Origin: Opitutales bacterium
GTDB lineage: Bacteria > Verrucomicrobiota > Verrucomicrobiia > Opitutales > PNEW01
Reading direction: 5' to 3'
Assembly (NCBI GenBank): GCA_965219535.1
Contig: CBDCNV010000001.1
Span: forward strand, 1,830,001-1,862,000
Length of the DNA stretch: 32,000 nucleotides
Both the position numbers and the translations under genes were made by a program. The notes under the pieces were generated by a model, which worked only from the letters and a program-made list of their open reading frames with translations, had not been told where the DNA came from and ran no database searches. How positions within the stretch are numbered: position 1 is the first letter of the stretch; every line of letters begins with the position of its first letter. This document shows positions 27,763-32,000 of the stretch, piece by piece.

Positions 27763-28599
27763 ATGGTGAATGGCATGATATTTATTTTAATCACATTCCT
27801 TATATTACTCTCCCCGCTAAAAAGCGAAGAGGATATAGATAGGTTGGCAACACGGGTATACAATGCGTATATGAATAATAAACCATTGCCTGTTTTTTCA
27901 ACTATGATGCCGGAATTAACCGCATTAACGGCGTACGAAGTTCAAGCAAGCTATGTGAAAAAAAGGCTTTCACGCGATGAAATAACAGGATTCAAGGCAG
28001 GACTTACAAATGAGAAGTCACAGAATCGATTCAGGGTTACGATGCCGGTCTCCGGGGTCCTTTTTGCCTCGGGAATAAGAGATGCCAATATGCGTATTGA
28101 TCGCCAGCATAGCAACCAGCTAATGATTGAAACGGAGATTGGATTTGTCGTAGGTAAACCAATCGATAAACCGGTTTCTAATATTTCAAAATTGAAAAAA
28201 AGAATCCGCTCGGTTGTAGCGGCAATTGAATTACCGGACCTGGAATTCGAAGACATGAGCGAACTTAAAGGTGTCGACATCATTTCTGGTAATGTCTCTT
28301 CTTATGCCTACATATTGGGTGAGGCTCAAGAACGGAAAAAAATCAACCTTTCGAAAGTATCACTCATTCTCTCGCGAGAGGGTGAGATTATAAATCGTGG
28401 CCGCGGAAGCGATCTCCTCGGTGATCCTTGGGAGGCCGCCCTGTGGCTTGTAAATAATACTGTATCTCAGGGATGGTCAATTCAACCCGGTCATATCTTA
28501 CTGGCGGGCGCTATGGGAAATATGTTGCCGGCGAAGCCGGGAAATTATGCCGCTGATTTCGATGAATTAGGTCGAATCATCTTTGTCATTAGTGAATGA
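27763..28599 (+). CDS. 2-keto-4-pentenoate hydratase-like protein (FAH-fold hydratase/decarboxylase family) with hydrophobic N-terminus
   Basis: 278 aa. The AYEVQ...ITGFKAGLT start, ETEIGFVVG and AIELPD segments match the MhpD/HpcG-type hydratase pattern. The first 20 or so residues (MIFILITFLILLSPLKS) look like a signal or anchor. Starts 9 nt after the transporter gene ends. Confidence 0.65.
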   Translation: MVNGMIFILITFLILLSPLKSEEDIDRLATRVYNAYMNNKPLPVFSTMMPELTALTAYEVQASYVKKRLSRDEITGFKAGLTNEKSQNRFRVTMPVSGVLFASGIRDANMRIDRQHSNQLMIETEIGFVVGKPIDKPVSNISKLKKRIRSVVAAIELPDLEFEDMSELKGVDIISGNVSSYAYILGEAQERKKINLSKVSLILSREGEIINRGRGSDLLGDPWEAALWLVNNTVSQGWSIQPGHILLAGAMGNMLPAKPGNYAADFDELGRIIFVISE

Positions 28600-28604
28600 G
28601 TTTT

Positions 28605-29330
28605 CTATAGCGGTCGGCTGAGGCGATTTTTATACTTGATAGATATTTTTTCGTTGAAATCTCGTGCACCCGGCAGATTTGCGCTTCTGTATATGGGTAG
28701 TGATATATTATTTTCTACGAGATATTGCATCGCTTCCATCGCAAGAAGATTAAGGAGTAGGGCCCCTGTCATCGTCGAGGTAGGACCTATCTTATCTGGT
28801 TGTCCTGGAATTTCAATTGCTGCGTCACCCACGACACCGCAGTTATCAAGAACAAAGTTAGAAATCTCATAAAGTCTCTTACTAATTAAAGGATCAGTTT
28901 GAGCTTGTTGTGACATTTCCACACTGGTTACCGCGACTAATGTCAGTCCAAGCTTTTTACATTCCAAAGCAACCTCAAGGGGAACGGGGTTTTTTCCCGA
29001 ATTCGAAATCACGATGACAACTTCGTCTTTCCGCAATTCATAGGTATAATGATGACGTTGGACAAGCTTGGTGCCATATCCGGAGATCGTCTCGACCCAA
29101 CCCCCTGTAGGATCAATGATCGCACTTACTGGAACTAATCCACCCGCGCGATGAATAATCTCCTGTGCAATGATGCTCGAGTGTCCACTACCAAATGTGT
29201 GGAGGACGCCTCCTTCACCAATCGATTCGCCAATGATTACTCCTAATTCCTTTATCGTAGACTGATTTTTCTCATATACACGGGCAGTAATTTTACCAAG
29301 GCTTTTGTAATAATCATCTGCTAAATTCAT
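28605..29330 (-). CDS. SIS (sugar isomerase/phosphosugar-binding) domain protein, UPF0309-like
   Basis: 241 aa. GGVLHTFGSGHSSIIAQEIIHRAGGLVPV and VVIVISNSGKNPVPLEVA motifs, typical of the short stand-alone SIS/UPF0309 family. Confidence 0.78.
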   Translation of the reverse strand: MNLADDYYKSLGKITARVYEKNQSTIKELGVIIGESIGEGGVLHTFGSGHSSIIAQEIIHRAGGLVPVSAIIDPTGGWVETISGYGTKLVQRHHYTYELRKDEVVIVISNSGKNPVPLEVALECKKLGLTLVAVTSVEMSQQAQTDPLISKRLYEISNFVLDNCGVVGDAAIEIPGQPDKIGPTSTMTGALLLNLLAMEAMQYLVENNISLPIYRSANLPGARDFNEKISIKYKNRLSRPL

Positions 29331-29421
29331 TTACCTGACTGTTAGGGTGAGGGAGTCCGATAACTAGGAAACAGCATGATGTTATCTTTGCAAATGGAAT
29401 TTTTCAGTAATTAAAATTAAT

Positions 29422-29425
29422 GGAG
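29422..29425. repeat. Left copy of 4-bp target-site duplication (GGAG)
   Basis: GGAG immediately outside the TG terminus. An identical GGAG lies immediately outside the CA terminus at 30771-30774. A 4-bp TSD is typical of the IS407 group. Confidence 0.7.
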
Positions 29426-29455
29426 TGGAGTGACCCCCAAAAATCGTATCATTTA
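29426..29455 (+). repeat. IS left terminal inverted repeat (IRL)
   Basis: TGGAGTGACCCCCAAAAATCGTATCATTTA aligns with the reverse complement of the right end, TGATCGGACCCCGTTTTTCGTACCAATTTA. Shared blocks are TG, GACCCC, TCGTA and ATTTA. My hand alignment gives about 19-20 matches in 30 with one indel. Confidence 0.65.
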
Positions 29456-29461
29456 CAGAGA

Positions 29462-29489
29462 GAGGTTATCGGGATAAACAGATAACCTC
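29462..29489 (+). promoter_or_regulatory. Perfect 9-bp stem hairpin ending 1 nt before the orfA ATG (possible translation-initiation sequestering structure)
   Basis: GAGGTTATC (29462-29470), a 10-nt loop, then GATAACCTC (29481-29489). The 5' arm contains the only GAGG Shine-Dalgarno-like element near the ATG at 29491. Confidence 0.5.
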
Positions 29490-29490
29490 A

Positions 29491-29784
29491 ATGAAAAGAA
29501 AAAGATACACAACAGAACAGATTATAACAATATTGCGGCAAGCCGATACCGGTAAAACGGTACAGGAAATCTGCCGTGGAAACAACCTGAGCGAACAGAC
29601 TTTCTATCGCTGGCGTAAAAAATATGGCAATTTAGAACTTGCCGATGCGAAGCGATTTAAAGAGCTGGAAAAAGAATTCACGAGCGCAAGCGAGAAGGCC
29701 TGACATACCGAGCTGAAGAAGCTGCTCGCAGATCAAATGCTCAAGAATCAGGTAATGGAGGAAACGCTGTCAAAAAAATGGTGA
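29491..29784 (+). pseudogene. IS3-family transposase OrfA (HTH + leucine-zipper part), interrupted by in-frame TGA at 29701-29703
   Basis: MKRKRYTTEQIITILRQADTGKTVQEICRGNNLSEQTFYRWRKKYGNLELADAKRFKELEKE is a typical IS407-group OrfA. The same frame continues after the TGA as HTELKKLLADQMLKNQVMEETLSKKW-stop (29782-29784). Confidence 0.8.
29772..29778 (+). promoter_or_regulatory. Programmed -1 ribosomal frameshift heptamer A-AAA-AAA joining OrfA and OrfB
   Basis: A run of seven A. The zero-frame codons are tcA AAA AAA tgg tga, and the -1 frame continues ATG GTG AGC (MVSPKQKK...). OrfB is offset by -1 relative to OrfA, since (29778-29491) mod 3 = 2. Confidence 0.7.
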
Positions 29785-30743
29785 GCCCAAAGCAGAAGAA
29801 ACGAGTAGTAAAAGCTGCGGCTGAGAAAGGGTTGTGCTCGTTGCGGAGGGCTTGTGCTTATCTCAGCCTGAGTTGGTCAACGTTCAGTTACCGGCCCAAA
29901 CAGGCCAGTGAGAAAGCTCAGCGGTTGGTCGAGCGGATTGTGAGCTTGTCCTGGAAACATCCCCGCTACGGTTACCGGCGCATCCGTGCCTTGCTGGTAA
30001 AGGAAGGCTGGACAACAAGCAGGAAGTTTGTCCAGGCGGTACGACGTTCAGAAGGGCTGCAGGTAAAGCCCCCGAAAAAGGGCAGACACCGTCAAGGAGT
30101 CTCTACGGGGTCACCTACTAAAGCAAAGGGTCGCAATCACGTTTGGTCCTGGGACTTTGTCCATGATCGTACAGACAACGGCGGTCCATTAAAGATGATG
30201 ACTCTAATCGATGTACCGAGGAGCTGAAAGCGACGACACTCAAGCGAAGCGAAGACATATACGCGTAAATGCCTGGATATCCGGGTCGCTCGTCAACTCA
30301 CCTCAACCGATGTCCTCTCTGTGCTTAGCGAGGCCATTGAAGAGGAGGGACCTCCCAGCTATATCCGTAGTGACAACGGCAGTGAGTTCATTGCTCATCA
30401 AGTGCAGCAGTGGTTGTCCGGTAATAACATAAAGGCGATCTATATCGATCCGGGCAGTCCCTGGCAAAACGGTTTCATCGAGTCGTTTCACAACCGCTTA
30501 CGCGATGAGTGTTTGAACCGTGAAGTGTTGCTCAGCGTGGCTGAAGCGCAAGTGGTAATCGAACAATGGCGTCAGACCTATAACCATGAACATCCCCACA
30601 GTCGTTTAGGCTTCAAAAGCCCACAAGAGTTTGTCAGATTCCTTTCCGATCTTGGCCGCGTTCGGGCTACGCCCTCACTTCGCCAAGATCTCTCATATAC
30701 ATCAATCCTAAAACCATTAACACCCGGTAACTCTCTCACTTAA
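29778..30743 (+). pseudogene. IS3-family transposase OrfB (DDE integrase core), -1 frame, interrupted by in-frame TGA at 30225-30227
   Basis: ORFs 29778-30227 and 30321-30743 are in the same frame and are separated by a single TGA. The read-through translation ...LKMMTLIDVPRS*KRRHSSEAKTYTRKCLDIRVARQLT...YIRSDNGSEF...PWQNGFIESFHNRLRDE...PHSRLGFKSP contains all DDE-core landmarks. Confidence 0.8.
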
Positions 30744-30770
30744 ATTGGTACGAAAAACGGGGTCCGATCA
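30741..30770 (-). repeat. IS right terminal inverted repeat (IRR)
   Basis: See IRL. The orfB stop codon (TAA 30741-30743) lies at the inner edge of the IRR, as is common in the IS3 family. Confidence 0.65.
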
Positions 30771-30774
30771 GGAG
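30771..30774. repeat. Right copy of 4-bp target-site duplication (GGAG)
   Basis: See the left copy. Removing the IS and one GGAG restores AAAATTAAT-GGAG-ATTAATTTT. Confidence 0.7.
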
Positions 30775-30817
30775 ATTAATTTTATAAAGATTGACGACTG
30801 ATCTATCGCGATAATCC

Positions 30818-31747
30818 TTGATGGCAATGGGCAATCCCGCAGTCAGTCTGGAAAATGTTGTCAAATGTTATGGACAGCACATGGCAGTGAATAACCTGAG
30901 TTTGAAAGTTCCCTCTGGTTCGATTTACGGATTCATCGGTCCAAATGGATCAGGTAAAACGACAACCATTCGAATGATTTTGCATATCATTTTTCCCGAT
31001 AGCGGCAGCGTCGAGGTTTTTGGGTGTCAAGAAACACGAGCGGCTAATGATAGTATTGGCTATCTTCCCGAGGAGCGCGGGCTCTATAAAAAACTGACCG
31101 TTAGAAGGCAGCTTGCTTACTGCGCAAGGCTTAAGGGCATGTCGGGTTCCGCTATTAATGAATCGATAGATAGATGGTTGGAGCGCATGGATCTAACGGC
31201 GTGGAAGAATAAGAATATTGAAACCCTTTCCAAAGGAATGTTACAAAAAACCCAGTTTATCGCAGCGGCACTCAGTGGACCGGAATTACTGATTTTAGAT
31301 GAACCATTCTCCGGTCTCGATCCTGTTAATCTTGATATTATCAGGGAATCTATTCTGGAACTGCGCGAGAATGGGACGACCGTAATATTATCAACTCACG
31401 ATATGACGATCGCGGAAAGAATGTGCGATTTTATTTTTATGATTTACCGTGGAGAAAAAGTGCTTGATGGCACTTTATCATCGATCAAAGAATCTTATCA
31501 AACCAACACCATTCGGTTGCGGTATAGAGATGAAAACACTCTGAATCTGGATAAAATCCCTGGTGTCATTGCGGTAAATAATCGTGGATCGTATAATGAA
31601 ATCCAAACGACTGATGATCCACAATTGATCTTACAAGCAGCTAGCAAACTTGGGGAGATCGAACTATTCGAAATCGCGCGCCCGTCTCTTCATGATATTT
31701 TTGTGCAGATTGCAAGCCCGGAAAGAGAGATAGATACCGATGATTAA
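30818..31747 (+). CDS. ABC transporter ATP-binding protein (ABC-2 / NatA-like exporter type)
   Basis: Walker A GPNGSGKTT, Q-loop, signature LSKGMLQKTQF, Walker B LLILDEPFSGLD and H-loop STHDM. Start is TTG at 30818 or the adjacent ATG at 30821. Confidence 0.88.
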   Translation: MMAMGNPAVSLENVVKCYGQHMAVNNLSLKVPSGSIYGFIGPNGSGKTTTIRMILHIIFPDSGSVEVFGCQETRAANDSIGYLPEERGLYKKLTVRRQLAYCARLKGMSGSAINESIDRWLERMDLTAWKNKNIETLSKGMLQKTQFIAAALSGPELLILDEPFSGLDPVNLDIIRESILELRENGTTVILSTHDMTIAERMCDFIFMIYRGEKVLDGTLSSIKESYQTNTIRLRYRDENTLNLDKIPGVIAVNNRGSYNEIQTTDDPQLILQAASKLGEIELFEIARPSLHDIFVQIASPEREIDTDD

Positions 31748-32000
31748 ACTGCTTATCGTAGCTTGGAATGACTACCGGCAGACGGTAGTTTCAAAAACAT
31801 TTATCATTAGTATTATCTTAATGCCTGTTCTGTTTGGTGGTATGGTATTTGTTAATCTGTTTTCTAATGAGAATATCGATCTAAAAGATAAACGTCTCGG
31901 TATTATAGACCGAACGAATATTCTCTACGAAGAGATAGAAAGTAAGGCAGAGCAGCGTAATCAATATGAAATATATAAGGGGAAACTCGGTGATCGCAAA
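31740..32000 (+). CDS. ABC-2 type transporter permease, N-terminal part (3' end outside window)
   Basis: The ATG at 31740 overlaps the ATPase stop by 8 nt. The frame is open to the window end. MIKLLIVAWNDYRQTVVSKTFIISIILMPVLFGGMVFVNLF, followed by a large extracytoplasmic loop, is typical of NatB/YhaP-like ABC-2 permeases. It is absent from the ORF track because no stop is reached. Confidence 0.7.
   Translation, partial: MIKLLIVAWNDYRQTVVSKTFIISIILMPVLFGGMVFVNLFSNENIDLKDKRLGIIDRTNILYEEIESKAEQRNQYEIYKGKLGDRK

Larger units (their letters stand above)
29426..30770 (+). mobile_element. IS3-family insertion sequence (IS407-group-like), 1345 bp, transposase frames disrupted
   Basis: TG...CA termini and imperfect terminal inverted repeats. 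Flanked by a 4-bp direct repeat GGAG. OrfA/OrfB arrangement with an A7 -1 frameshift site. DDE integrase core motifs are present (VWSWDF, IRSDNGSEF, PWQNGFIESFHNRLRDE). Visibly more GC-rich than the flanks: 35 G+C in 29881-29940 versus 24 in 25381-25440. Confidence 0.85.

Noticed and set aside
29674-30266. Four different restriction-type hexamers (EcoRI GAATTC, StuI AGGCCT, ClaI ATCGAT, MluI ACGCGT) at the edges of the two IS inserts, considered as evidence of deliberate engineering.
   Set aside because: The insert boundaries are only approximately defined. Palindromic hexamers occur about once per 64 positions. Nothing else in the window (no vector, marker or scar sequences) suggests cloning. 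I keep this as an observation in the findings, not as a claim of engineering.
30211-30491. ORFs 30211-30432 (+) and 30303-30491 (-) inside the IS.
   Set aside because: They are out of frame or antisense relative to the transposase OrfB frame, which carries the DDE-core motifs. They are by-products of the GC-rich IS sequence.
1-32000. Searched by eye for CRISPR arrays, long tandem or dispersed repeats, tRNA/rRNA/tmRNA genes, and defence or toxin-antitoxin gene pairs.
   Set aside because: I found no regularly spaced direct repeats, no cloverleaf-capable intergenic segments (the intergenic regions are short or AT-rich) and no ORFs with nuclease, ATPase or toxin-type motifs outside the annotated genes. 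A computational scan (tRNAscan-SE, Infernal/Rfam, a CRISPR finder, DefenseFinder/PADLOC) would be needed to be definitive.

Overview
Gene-dense 32-kb chromosomal fragment, roughly 40-45% GC by eye. Many genes abut or overlap by 4-8 nt. Gene content suggests an aerobic PVC-group (Verrucomicrobia-like) heterotroph, but this is inference only. Left third (1-10 kb): housekeeping and envelope genes, namely a psd tail, a Cys-type sulfatase, a PhoD-type phosphatase, a DUF192 lipoprotein, an M24 peptidase translationally coupled to hldA-gmhB, argS and thymidine phosphorylase. Centre (10.07-21.58 kb, minus strand): one co-directional gene string encoding Alternative Complex III (actABCDEF), then an unknown single-pass protein, ccoS, and a cbb3-type oxidase (ccoN, ccoO, and a monoheme cytochrome c where CcoP is expected). 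A CPC-type P1B ATPase (CcoI-like) lies immediately upstream. Right third: an uncharacterised carbohydrate-type locus with a class-I-aldolase-like TIM barrel, a NanM/Kelch beta-propeller fused to a Na+/solute symporter, a FAH-type hydratase with an export-like N-terminus, and a UPF0309 SIS protein. It is followed by a GC-rich IS3-family (IS407-group) element with a 4-bp GGAG target duplication, inserted at the centre of a perfect 9-4-9 palindrome. Each of its two transposase frames is broken by a short in-frame insert carrying TGA. An ABC-2 exporter pair follows and runs off the window. I found no rRNA, tRNA, CRISPR array or long tandem repeat by eye. I see no classical defence system. The most unusual items are the transporter fusion locus, the hard-wired ACIII-cbb3 string and the oddly disrupted IS.
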